IMG/VR virus record: IMGVR_UViG_3300008259_004660 | Coordinates: 120,825 to 184,824 of that record | DNA: 64,000 bases | Reading direction: 5' to 3' (one strand) | Source: a virus | In this document: piece after piece, positions 47,964 through 59,000 of the stretch | How positions within the stretch are numbered: the stretch's first letter is position 1 | Layout of the letters: each line of letters opens with the position of its first letter | Translations under genes and position numbers: made by a program | The notes under the pieces: model-generated | Seen by the model: the letters and a program-made list of their open reading frames with translations, nothing else | The model's database searches: none | What the model was told of the DNA's origin: nothing

Positions 47964-48367
47964 AACCTTTCTCGTTACTAGATCAAGTATTGTCCGAGAG
48001 TGAAAGAAAAAGAATGAAATTTGTCGGACTAAAAAGAACTCTCAAACCGAGAGGCAAGTTCACATCATTGGAAAGAAAATATTATCTCATGCTGAAGAAC
48101 TTGGATGTCTATTATGTTCCGCAATATCCGATGGGAGGAAGATATTACGACGCATATCTGCCAGATCAAAACATACTATTTGAATTTGATGGTTCATTTT
48201 GGCATCCAAAGAATGAAGATGATGCAAAATATGATTTTCAGAAAAAAGCATTTAAGGTTGATGAACTGAAAAACAAGATGGCTGAAAAGAAAGGAATGAA
48301 GATCATTCGCATTCGTGAAGATGAACCAATCACATTGGAACAGATGAAAAAATTGATCTTCTCATAA
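47960..48367 (+). CDS. DUF559/Vsr-like PD-(D/E)xK endonuclease
   Basis: TSLE, QYPMGG.YYDAYL...ILFEFDGSFWH, KN...G..IIRI.E. Confidence 0.75.
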   Translation: MKPFSLLDQVLSESERKRMKFVGLKRTLKPRGKFTSLERKYYLMLKNLDVYYVPQYPMGGRYYDAYLPDQNILFEFDGSFWHPKNEDDAKYDFQKKAFKVDELKNKMAEKKGMKIIRIREDEPITLEQMKKLIFS

Positions 48368-48370
48368 GTT

Positions 48371-50347
48371 ATGCCAATCAAGTATATAAATAAAAATACA
48401 ATTTCTACAACATCCACTTCACTTGGAAGTTTTGTTGGAAGGTCTGCGTCTGAAGCCAGCGGTTGGAGAGGTATTACATATGGAAATGGTTTATTTGTTG
48501 CAACGGCATATTCTTCAGGAACAAACAGAGTAATGACATCTCCAAATGGAATAACTTGGACATCTAGGTCAGATGCTCTTAATCCTCAATATGGATCAGA
48601 TAATTGGTTTAGTGTTACATACGGAAACGGATTATTCGTGGCTGTTTCTAGTACCTCTGGAGGATCGTCTGGAAAGGTAATGACATCTCCCGATGGAATA
48701 ACTTGGACAACTAGAAATGCAAATCCTGTAGCCAATACTTGGTATAGTGTTACATACGGAAACGGATTATTTGTGGCCGTTGCAGGTAGCGGAACAAACC
48801 GAGTAATGACTTCAACAGATGGAATAACTTGGACAGCAAGATCCGCTGCGGAAAATAATACTTGGCGAGATGTTACATATGGAGGCGGATTATTTGTAGC
48901 CCTTGCACAAGACGGAACAAACCGAGTCATGACTTCAACAGACGGAATAACTTGGACAGCGAGATCTGCGGCTGAAGCCAATAGTTGGTCTGGTGCAGTA
49001 TACGGAAACGGATTATTTGTGGCCGTTGCACAAGACGGAACAAACCGAGTCATGACTTCAACAGACGGAATAACTTGGACAGCGAGATCTGCGGCTGAAG
49101 CCAATAGTTGGCAAAAAATATCATATGGAAATGGTATGTTTGTGGCAGTGGCCTCAGATGGAACAAATAGAATCATGTCCTCAACAGACGGAATAACTTG
49201 GACATCAAGGTCTGCGCCAGAACAAACTCAATGGGTAAATATAACGTATGCCAGTGGATCTTTTGTTGGAATTGCACAAAGCGGAACTAATAGAGTTATG
49301 ACCGCAGATTTGACTACAAATGTACTTGTTTCCGGTGGAATGAAATTTATAAACAGAAACAATAATACTTCTAATAGAAGAATGGGATTCATAATACCGC
49401 CCGGCCCTGTTGTTTATAGTCCAACTCAAAGAGCAATATTTGGGTATGGTGAAGCTGGAAGTTATCAATCAATCACGAATTTGGTAAGTAATACAGGAGT
49501 TCTTGCCAATGATGTTGCCGGTGTTGGTACTGCAAGAGCATATTTAGGTGCTGCTGGGTATGGAGGAGACAAAGCTATATTTGCGTATGGAGTCGTAGCC
49601 GGAACGACTAATATAAAAAACCTTGTCAGCAACACCGGCGTTGTGGCTGCTGATTCGTCTGGAGTAGGAACATCTAGAAATAAGCTCGGTGCGGTAAGTT
49701 ATGGAATAGATAAAGCGATATTTGGATATGGATCAACGGTTTACGGCACTCCTTCTTCCAGTGAAAGAGTATCAATGACAAATCTAGTTAGTAACACGGG
49801 AGTTGTGGCTACTGATACAACAGGTGTTGGTTCAAGTAGATACAACCTTGCTGCGACTGGCTATGGCGGTGATAAAGCTATGTTTGTATATGGTCAATTA
49901 GATGGTAACAACAACGGATTGTTAACAGTCAATCTTGTGAGCAACACTGGAGTTGTTGCGTCTGATACAAGCGCCGCCGCTGGCACTGCAAAGACACAAG
50001 GCGCGGGAGCAAATTACGGAGGAGATAAGGGTATAATTGGATTTGGAATATCCGGCGGCTCATATACGAGAGAAACCAATTTAGTTTCTAACACAGGAGT
50101 AATTGCATCGAACACCGCTAACTATTATGGTTACATAGGTGGGGTGAACGATGTTCTAGAAAGAGGTTGGTTGGCCGCTGCTGGATATGGTGGTGATAAA
50201 GCCATATTTGGATTTGGGGCATTGAATGCAAGTAGATATAGTTATACAAATCTTGTCAGTAATACAGGTGTGGTCGCGTCAAATACATATAATTCCAATC
50301 CAACTACAAGATATGGACTGGCCGCAGCAGGATACTCTTTAACATAA
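48371..50347 (+). CDS. Putative receptor-binding/adhesin protein with two repeat families (BNR-like 41-aa repeats and Kelch-like repeats)
   Basis: About 7 copies of YGNGLFVAVA..GTNRVMTS.DGITWT.R, then about 7 copies of TNLVSNTGVVA.D....G..R...AA.GYGGDKAIFG. Confidence 0.7.
   Translation: MPIKYINKNTISTTSTSLGSFVGRSASEASGWRGITYGNGLFVATAYSSGTNRVMTSPNGITWTSRSDALNPQYGSDNWFSVTYGNGLFVAVSSTSGGSSGKVMTSPDGITWTTRNANPVANTWYSVTYGNGLFVAVAGSGTNRVMTSTDGITWTARSAAENNTWRDVTYGGGLFVALAQDGTNRVMTSTDGITWTARSAAEANSWSGAVYGNGLFVAVAQDGTNRVMTSTDGITWTARSAAEANSWQKISYGNGMFVAVASDGTNRIMSSTDGITWTSRSAPEQTQWVNITYASGSFVGIAQSGTNRVMTADLTTNVLVSGGMKFINRNNNTSNRRMGFIIPPGPVVYSPTQRAIFGYGEAGSYQSITNLVSNTGVLANDVAGVGTARAYLGAAGYGGDKAIFAYGVVAGTTNIKNLVSNTGVVAADSSGVGTSRNKLGAVSYGIDKAIFGYGSTVYGTPSSSERVSMTNLVSNTGVVATDTTGVGSSRYNLAATGYGGDKAMFVYGQLDGNNNGLLTVNLVSNTGVVASDTSAAAGTAKTQGAGANYGGDKGIIGFGISGGSYTRETNLVSNTGVIASNTANYYGYIGGVNDVLERGWLAAAGYGGDKAIFGFGALNASRYSYTNLVSNTGVVASNTYNSNPTTRYGLAAAGYSLT
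48903..49111 (+). repeat. 86-bp perfect direct repeat (48903-48988 and 49026-49111) at the 123-bp repeat period
   Basis: Both copies read TTGCACAAGACGGAAC...GCCAATAGTTGG. Confidence 0.85.
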
Positions 50348-50386
50348 ACAATTTTCAGATAAACAACAACAGTTATATAAAATATT

Positions 50387-51022
50387 ATGGCATCAAATCT
50401 AAATTCAGAATTCAACTATAGATACCAAGTAATTGGTTCTACTCCTTGGGAAAAACTCAAGACTCTAAAAGGGTTTTTGGTTGGTCGCAAACGTGCTGCT
50501 GCATTGGAAAAATGCGCAGAATTAAAATACAAAGCAAAGTTGGAAGAATATAAACATCTTAAAACAGTTCCTGCATTACCGCATATATTGCTTAATCTTG
50601 AAGCAGAAATCATAGAACTTGAATCTCACTTGGATGATCAAAAGCATGCATTTGAACTTAATCGTAAAGAAATTGAGATACTTGAAAAATTGATTGCAGA
50701 GCTTTATGAAATTTGTGAGCCAACCAGAATTCCCGGCTACACAGACGATCAAATGTTTGAAGCTAATGCAAATTATGAATTCACTGTTACTGTTGGTAGA
50801 GAATTACAATCAGAAATCATTGCCAATGGTCGTCCAAGTCCAGCCAAACTATTGAATGCTATGAGCAATCCGCAAACAATGCAGATGCTACAATCCATTG
50901 GATTGGTTCCAGAAGGCACTCAATTGCTTGGTGGAGAATATGGCGATGATCTGCTTAAATTGTATTCTGAAGTAAAAACCGCACAACTCACAGACAATAA
51001 CAAGTTGATCGCTAATACTTAA
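50387..51022 (+). CDS. Helical hypothetical protein, possible fibre/adhesin assembly chaperone
   Basis: 211 aa, coiled-coil pattern, directly follows the repeat protein. Confidence 0.5.
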   Translation: MASNLNSEFNYRYQVIGSTPWEKLKTLKGFLVGRKRAAALEKCAELKYKAKLEEYKHLKTVPALPHILLNLEAEIIELESHLDDQKHAFELNRKEIEILEKLIAELYEICEPTRIPGYTDDQMFEANANYEFTVTVGRELQSEIIANGRPSPAKLLNAMSNPQTMQMLQSIGLVPEGTQLLGGEYGDDLLKLYSEVKTAQLTDNNKLIANT

Positions 51023-51026
51023 TTAT

Positions 51027-51500
51027 ATGGGATTAAAAGGCAGATATTTTTCAGCACGTGACCTAAAAATGGTAGCTCAGTTCAATGCTGAACTGATGGG
51101 TGACATTATTGAGAATATCATTCAGATATACAAGATCTGCCCCAATGAAACAAAAACCAATATATATGGAGAAACTTCATCCGAGTCTGGCAAGTGGTAT
51201 CTGCCAGCCATTCAAATTTCAGCACTTATTGAACGCAGTGATATGGAAGCTGAATATGATGACTTTGGTCCAAACAGAAGACAGGATTATGTATTTAAGA
51301 TGCGCGAAGAAATGTTGAAGAAGCTTGAATTTTATCCAGAAATTGGTGATGTGGTTTTCTTCAATGACCGTTACTATGAAATAGATAATGTGGTGCAGGA
51401 ACAATTGCTTGGTGGTCAACCAGACAAATCACACAGCATCATCTGCAACGCACATTACACGAAGTATACTTCGTTGAATATAATGGAAAGGAATGACTGA
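51027..51500 (+). CDS. Head closure/neck protein (gp14-like)
   Basis: TNIYGE, YPEIGDVVFFNDRYYEIDNV head-closure-like pattern; lies between gp13-like and gp15-like genes. Confidence 0.65.
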   Translation: MGLKGRYFSARDLKMVAQFNAELMGDIIENIIQIYKICPNETKTNIYGETSSESGKWYLPAIQISALIERSDMEAEYDDFGPNRRQDYVFKMREEMLKKLEFYPEIGDVVFFNDRYYEIDNVVQEQLLGGQPDKSHSIICNAHYTKYTSLNIMERND

Positions 51501-51502
51501 TT

Positions 51503-52903
51503 ATGGCATGGCGCGGACCAACTCAAAGACCAACGGTCAATAAGCCTGTTCCAAATCCAATAAATTATGGACCAGAGATGTCTGACTCAAAAAAGCCTGT
51601 ATCTCAGGCCGTGGCTGGTCCTGAATACAAGCCAAACAGAGCATTTGATGTTCGTCGCGATACTGATAAACAGAAGAACTTTTCTGTTAAACTAGTTGAC
51701 GTTGATTCGACCATATTGAGTTATCTTGACACCGTCATTAGTCCTACAATCGTTGACTCAGGAAGACAAATCAAAGTACCAATCAATTATGCTTCACCAG
51801 AAAGATGGAAAGCTATAAGAAAAGATGGAGCATTGCGTGACAAAAATGGAAAAGTGCAAACTCCTGCCATTGCATTTCGTCGCAGCACAATGCAAAGAAA
51901 TGATCAGCTGATAACTCTAAACAGATATTTGCAATATCCTGTGCAGAAGAAATTCAGCGAAAAGAACAAATATGACAAATTTAGTGTCATGCATGGATTT
52001 GCGCCAACAAAGGAAATATACAGTGTGGCGATGCCAGATCATGTTATTGTGAATTATGAATTCATCGTGTGGACTGAACTTGTCGAGCAAGGTAATGCCA
52101 TAGTCGAAGCAATCAATTTTTCTACCGAGGATTATTGGGGCGACAAGAAAAGATTCAAATTCAGAACAAGTATCAGCGACTATAGTTTTGAAACCGCCAC
52201 AGACGCTGGTAATGATAGACTCGTAAGAAGCACATTCACATTATTGTGTTATGCATATCTGCTTCCGGATAAATATGAAAATTACAAGAGTGTAGTGCAA
52301 AAAGCGTTCACACCAAGAAAAATACTTTTCACCACAGAAGTTGTTACAGAAAATTTAAATGCAAGAACAACCGAACTTGGTTCAGCAACACCTGTTCAAA
52401 TGAAATCGCCCGCTGCTTCATCTGGTGTGTTTGGTGGATTCCCGGGCATTACTCAAATCGCTAACTACGCAAATGCAGCAGGAACAGCAAATACAGCAAA
52501 TTATGCAACAACTGCAAGCTATGTAAACTTCTCTGAAATAAATGGAAATTTCAATGGTATCACTATCAACGGAGAATCTGGTGCAACAGGATCAATCAAC
52601 ACAAATGTCACAGTTAATGTTACACCAGATTCTGGTTCTGTATATATCGACAGTATACCAATCTCAAGTGGAAATACAGCAAAATGGCTGATATCCATTA
52701 ATGATGGTGTTAATAATTTCAAGGCTAGCGAAATGGTAGCAAGTTGGAACAATACTATGGTCAAATATTACAACACAGAAGTAAGTGAAATAGGAAGCGT
52801 GCCAGTAACACTCTCGGTGGATAACACTGGCGGCAATATAAATCTACTTGCGACGGCGTTCAGCGGCAATTGGACAATAAAAATGATACGCATGGTTGTT
52901 TGA
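51503..52903 (+). CDS. Tail terminator/sheath stabiliser (gp15-like) with a C-terminal extension
   Basis: IKVPINYASPERW, PAIAFRRS.M.R, PDHVIVNYEFIVWTE...N.IVE gp15-like core; extra ~170-aa C-terminal region. Confidence 0.65.
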   Translation: MAWRGPTQRPTVNKPVPNPINYGPEMSDSKKPVSQAVAGPEYKPNRAFDVRRDTDKQKNFSVKLVDVDSTILSYLDTVISPTIVDSGRQIKVPINYASPERWKAIRKDGALRDKNGKVQTPAIAFRRSTMQRNDQLITLNRYLQYPVQKKFSEKNKYDKFSVMHGFAPTKEIYSVAMPDHVIVNYEFIVWTELVEQGNAIVEAINFSTEDYWGDKKRFKFRTSISDYSFETATDAGNDRLVRSTFTLLCYAYLLPDKYENYKSVVQKAFTPRKILFTTEVVTENLNARTTELGSATPVQMKSPAASSGVFGGFPGITQIANYANAAGTANTANYATTASYVNFSEINGNFNGITINGESGATGSINTNVTVNVTPDSGSVYIDSIPISSGNTAKWLISINDGVNNFKASEMVASWNNTMVKYYNTEVSEIGSVPVTLSVDNTGGNINLLATAFSGNWTIKMIRMVV

Positions 52904-52943
52904 TTTTTCAAACATGCGTCTCTTGATCATATCTCATATAAAA

Positions 52944-52959
52944 ACGGGATTCTTCCCGT
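52944..52959 (+). other. Intergenic hairpin ACGGGA-ttct-TCCCGT
   Basis: 6-bp GC-rich stem before the ATATTTATA element of the giant gene. Confidence 0.4.
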
Positions 52960-52988
52960 ATATAAAAAGATATTTCCAGAGGCAGTAT

Positions 52989-52997
52989 ATATTTATA
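52989..52997 (+). promoter_or_regulatory. ATATTTATA upstream element
   Basis: Intergenic, before the giant fibre gene. Confidence 0.55.
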
Positions 52998-53017
52998 ATA
53001 TATTCGCATAAATCTTT

Positions 53018-56000
53018 ATGAGTAACGAACTAATTGTCAGAAATGGCTTGATTGTATCTGGTACATCCAGCTTTTCTGGCAGCGTATTCATAAATGGAAA
53101 TACTGTTGTAACAGGTTCTATCATCAGTAATCAAGTTGCATACTTAACAGCAAGCCAAGCTTTGACAGCTTCACATGTTCTTGGATTGCCAGATACATCA
53201 AGTTGGGCTCTTAATGCTGTATCTGCTGCCTTTTCAGAATATGCAGTAAGTGCATCATATGTTATTGGCGCACCTGATACAGCAAGTTGGGCATTAAATG
53301 CTGTTTCATCTTCATACGCATTATCATCTTCATATGCTGTTTCGTCATCTTATTCATTATCGGGGTCGTATGTTGATACTGCTTCATATTCAAATTATGC
53401 AGTAAGTGCGTCATATGTTATTGGTGCTCCAGATACTGCTTCATGGGCATTGAATGCTGTTACAGCTTCTTATGTTGAATATACAAATGTAGATAAGATA
53501 ACATCAACATCACAATTTGCTGGAACAGCAAGTTATGCTCAAAGAGCAAACAGCATCAAAAGTGGAATTGACATTGATGTAACTTCAATAACAGCATCAG
53601 CAATACGTGTTGATAATCTACATGTTGTTACCATAACAAGTAGTGTAAATTTTGTTTCTGGTAGCACAGACTTTGGAACAAGTATAACTGATACACATGT
53701 TTTCACAGGCAGTCTTTTTGTTCAAGGAAACATAAATGTTGAAGATGGTTATGGTATACAAGGAACTTCGTCGTATGCTGTAACAGCAAGTTATGCTTTT
53801 AACACCAGTACATCTGGTACTAGTGGCACAAGCGGAAGTAGTGGAAGCAGTGGCAGTAGCGGAACAAGTGGTAGTAGTGGAAGTGCTGGTACAAGTGGTA
53901 GCAGTGGCACAAGTGGCACCGATGGATCAAGTGGTAGTAGTGGAACGGGAGGAAGTAGTGGTAGTAGTGGAACAAGTGGTAGTAGTGGTAGTAGTGGCAG
54001 CAGTGGATCAAGCGGATCATCTGGTACAAGTGGATCATCTGGTACAAGTGGATCAAGTGGAACAACGGGTACGAGTGGTAGTAGTGGAAGCGGTGGTACA
54101 AGTGGAACCAGCGGTTCGTCTGGAACAAGCGGAACGAGTGGAAGTAGTGGTACAAGTGGAACAGACGGATCGTCTGGATCTAGCGGCAGTAGTGGATCTT
54201 CTGGTACAAGTGGAAGTAGTGGTACAAGTGGAACTGGTGGATCGTCTGGTTCGAGTGGAAGTAGCGGTTCTTCGGGAACAAGTGGATCAAGTGGAACTTC
54301 TGGCTCAAGCGGTACTTCTGGATCAAGTGGTAGCAGCGGTAGTAGTGGTAGTAGTGGAACAAGTGGAAGCAGTGGAACAAGTGGTAGTAGTGGTAGTAGC
54401 GGCACTAGCGGCAGCAGCGGAACAACAGGAACAAGTGGTAGCAGTGGATCTTCTGGTACAACTGGAACGAGTGGAAGCAGTGGAAGTGCTGGTACCAGCG
54501 GAAGTAGTGGAACCAGTGGTACAGATGGTTCAAGTGGAAGTAGTGGCAGTGCCGGTACAAGTGGCAGTAGCGGCAGTAGTGGAACCAGCGGTTCAAGTGG
54601 TAGCAGCGGTACAAGTGCAACATCGGGATCAAGTGGTACTAGCGGAAGCAGTGGTAGTAGTGGATCTTCTGGTACAAGCGGAAGCGGAGGAACAAGCGGC
54701 AGTAGCGGAAGTAGTGGTACTACTGGAACAAGCGGTAGTAGCGGTACCAGTGGAACAGATGGTAGCTCTGGGTCAAGTGGAAGTGCTGGAACAAGTGGTT
54801 CTAGTGGATCTAGTGGAAGTAGTGGTACGAGTGGATCAAGTGGAAGTAGTGGAACTAGTGGCAGCAGCGGCAGCAGCGGAACAAGTGCAACTTCTGGATC
54901 TTCTGGAACAAGCGGTAGTAGTGGCAGCAGTGGAAGTAGTGGAACCAGTGGCTCGTCTGGATCGGCAGGTACAAGTGGATCTAGTGGAAGTGCTGGTACA
55001 AGTGGTAGCAGTGGCACAAGTGGTACCGATGGTTCCAGTGGTAGCAGCGGAAGCAGCGGATCGTCTGGTTCTTCTGGTACCAGTGGAAGTAGCGGAACCA
55101 GTGGGTCTTCTGGTACAAGTGGAAGTAGCGGTACCAGCGGTAGTAGTGGAACAAGCGGAAGCAGCGGTAGCAGTGGTAGTAGTGGAACCAGTGGTAGCAG
55201 TGGAAGCAGCGGCAGTAGTGGAAGCAGTGGTAGTAGTGGAACAGCAGGTTCTTCTGGTAGCAGTGGATCAAGTGGATACACACCAGAAAACATGGTTACA
55301 AGTTCTTTCCAACTTTCAAACGATGGCGGTCTTGCATTCAGCAGTGCAAACAATGTTACATTTGGTCAAATCACCGCTTCTATTATCACTGTATCAACAT
55401 TATATGTTCAAAACATAACAAGCAGTACAGAACTTGTAACTGGAAGTTTTGTTGTAAGTGGATCCTTTGATGCAATCGGTGGAGTAACAGGAAGTCTTCT
55501 TGGTACAGCAAGTTATGCTCTACAAGCTCTGACCGCTTCATATGCACTTAATGCTGAAGGATCAAATAAAACACAACTTACTGCTTCAACAATATTATTT
55601 ACAGGAAGCGCGACAAATCTTTCACTAAATGTTTCATCGTCGGGTGATGTTGCCATAACTGGCATAAATAATGGAGATATTGTTGTAATATCAGATTCAA
55701 CAAGTTCAACTCCATTATTTGGAATTGAAAGTGTAAACAATCCTTTATTCAGTGTATATAATAGCGGAAATGCATATTTGAGTGGAAGCTTGTCTGCTTC
55801 ATTATATGGTACAGCAAGTTGGGCAGTTACAGCAAGCTATGCTTTAAGCTACAGTGGAACATCTGGTAGTAGTGGCACAAGCGGAACATCTGGTTCAAGT
55901 GGCAGTGCTGGTACAAGTGGTAGTAGTGGAACAAGTGGAACAGACGGTAGTTCGGGTTCGTCTGGAACTGGTGGATCAAGTGGATCTTCAGGTAGCTCTG

Positions 56001-59000
56001 GTACGTCTGCAACTTCTGGAACTGGTGGATCAAGTGGAAGTTCTGGAACTAGTGGAAGTAGTGGAACAGGAGGTTCTTCTGGAAGCAGTGGAACAAGTGG
56101 AAGTAGTGGTAGCGGTGGAAGTAGTGGTTCAAGTGGAACTTCTGGTTCATCAGGAACCAGTGGAAGCAGCGGAACTTCTGGTACAGATGGTAGTAGTGGA
56201 AGTGCTGGTACCAGTGGCAGTGCAGGTACTAGTGGTACAGACGGATCAAGTGGTACCAGTGGTAGTGCAGGTACGAGTGGAAGTAGTGGTACCAGCGGTA
56301 GCAGTGGTACAAGTGGAACTGCTGGATCAAGCGGAACGTCTGGGTCAAGTGGTTCTTCTGGTACAACTGGAACTTCTGGAAGCAGCGGAACTGCTGGTTC
56401 AAGTGGAAGTGCAGGAACATCGGGAAGTGCTGGATCTTCTGGTTCGGCTGGAACAAGTGGTAGTAGTGCAAGTGCCGGTACCAGTGGCACAAGCGGCACA
56501 GATGGATCAAGTGGTAGCAGTGGTTCTGGTGGATCAAGCGGAAGTAGTGGCACAGCTGGTAGCAGTGGAAGTAGTGGTACAAGCGGTAGCAGTGGTTCGA
56601 GTGGAACCAGTGCAACCAGTGGAAGTAGCGGTACATCTGGTACCAGTGGAAGTAGCGGTACATCTGGTTCAAGTGGAACAAGCGGTACTGATGGTAGCAG
56701 CGGAAGTAGTGGTAGTAGTGGATCTTCGGGATCAAGTGGTACTGGTGGAACAAGTGGTAGCAGTGGTACCACAGGAAGTAGTGGTAGTAGTGGTAGCGCA
56801 GGAAGTAGTGGTAGTAGTGGTTCATCTGGATCAAGTGGTACAGGAGGAAGTTCAGGAACAAGTGGAACCAGTGGTAGCAGTGGAACGGGTGGTAGTAGCG
56901 GATCAAGTGGTACTAGCGGAACAGATGGTAGCAGTGGTAGCAGCGGCAGTGGAGGAAGTTCTGGAACAAGCGGTACAGATGGTACCAGTGGTAGCAGTGG
57001 AACTTCAGGTACTTCTGGTTCAAGTGGAAGTGCAGGAACTAGTGGCAGCAGCGGAAGTAGTGGCACTACTGGAACAAGCGGTAGTAGCGGTACCAGTGGA
57101 ACAGATGGTAGTAGCGGTAGTAGTGGAACAAGTGGGTCTACTGGTACAAGTGGTAGCAGCGGATCAAGTGGTAGTAGTGGTAGTAGTGGAACAACAGGAA
57201 CAAGTGGTAGTAGTGGTACAAGTGGAACATCTGGTTCGGCTGGCTCTGCCGGATCAAGCGGTAGCAGCGGTAGTAGTGGAGCAGGAACAATTTCTGGTGG
57301 AACAAGCAACTATGTGGCAAAATTTAGCAATGCCACAACACTGACTACAAGTTCAATCTTTGATGGTGGATCTGGAGTTGGTATAAATAAATCTACAGCA
57401 AATTCCACACTTGATGTAAATGGTAATACAATAATCACTGGATCATTGACTGTTACCCAGAACGTAACCGCTTCAAACATTGTTGTTACAAATCTTTATG
57501 TACAAAACATAACTGCTTCCACGGAAATTGTAACAGGAAGTACTCAGTTTGGAACATTGCTTTCAAACAAGCATATGTTCACTGGAAGTGTTGAAATAAC
57601 AAGTTCATTAAAGGTAAATGGTGATTTTTCAGTAAATGGAAATACAGGCAGCTTGGCTTTCTCAAGCAACGCAGATACTTTGGAAATAACTGGTTCATTA
57701 TTATTAAGTGGATCAATGTTTGTTACAGGAAGTATCTCTGTAAATGGTAGTATAACTGGTTCACTTTTTGGCACGGCTTCGTATGCATTAAACGCACTTA
57801 CTGCTTCATACGCTTTAAGTTATAGTGGTACGAGCGGTAGCAGTGGAACCAGTGGGTCTTCTGGTACGTCTGGTACAAATGGAACCAGTGGATCAAGCGG
57901 AACTGGCGGAACCAGTGGAAGCAGTGGTACAGGTGGATCTTCTGGAAGTAGCGGAACGAGTGGTAGTAGTGGAAGTTCTGGTACAAGTGGTACGAGTGGT
58001 AGTAGTGGAACATCTGGAACAGATGGTAGTTCTGGATCAAGCGGTTCAAGTGGCTCCAGTGGATCATCTGGTACTTCTGGTAGCGCAGGAACATCGGGAT
58101 CTGCTGGATCGGCTGGAAGTAGCGGTAGCAGTGGAAGTGCTGGTACAAGTGGTACGAGTGGTAGTAGTGGAACATCTGGCACGGACGGAAGTAGTGGAAG
58201 TTCTGGTAGTAGTGGTACCGCTGGTACTTCTGGTAGTGCAGGTACTAGTGGAAGTAGTGGTTCGAGTGGAACATCTGGAACAGATGGAAGCAGTGGTAGT
58301 AGTGGTACTTCTGGTAGTGCCGGTACTGGTGGTTCAAGTGGAAGCAGTGGTTCATCTGGAACGAGTGGGGAAGGCGGAAGTGCAGGAACATCTGGTACAA
58401 GCGGCAGTGCTGGTACGAGTGGAACGAGTGGTAGTGCTGGAACTGCTGGATCCAGTGGTAGTGCGGGAACATCAGGTTCTGCTGGATCAGCTGGAACAAG
58501 TGGTAGTAGTGGAAGTGCTGGTACAAGTGGTACCAGCGGTTCAAGCGGAACATCTGGAACCAGTGGAAGTAGTGGATCCAGTGGAAGCAGCGGATCTTCT
58601 GGAACGAGTGGTAGTGCTGGTACTTCTGGTAGTAGTGGAACAGCTGGAACAAGTGGATCGGCCGGTTCAAGTGGTTCTTCTGGAAGTGGAGGAAGTTCTG
58701 GATCGGCTGGAACATCTGGTACAAGCGGCAGTTCTGGTACAAGTGGTACAAATGGCTCAAGTGGTACTTCTGGTACTAGCGGATCTTCTGGAACGGGTGG
58801 AACTAGTGGTAGTAGTGGAAGTGCTGGCAGTGCAGGTAGTGCAGGATCAAGCGGCACAAGTCCAATAATAACTGGAACAAACTTCACGCTTGCATTGTTC
58901 AGCGGAAGTAATGGATTGAGTAGCAGTGTGTTAAGTCAATATGATAATGGATTATATTTGACTGGATCGTTGAATGTAAGTGGATCAACTCTACAAGTTG

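Noticed and set aside
48371-50347. Diversity-generating retroelement acting on the adhesin repeats
   Set aside because: The duplicated 86 bp are identical with no adenine-specific differences, and no reverse transcriptase is in the window
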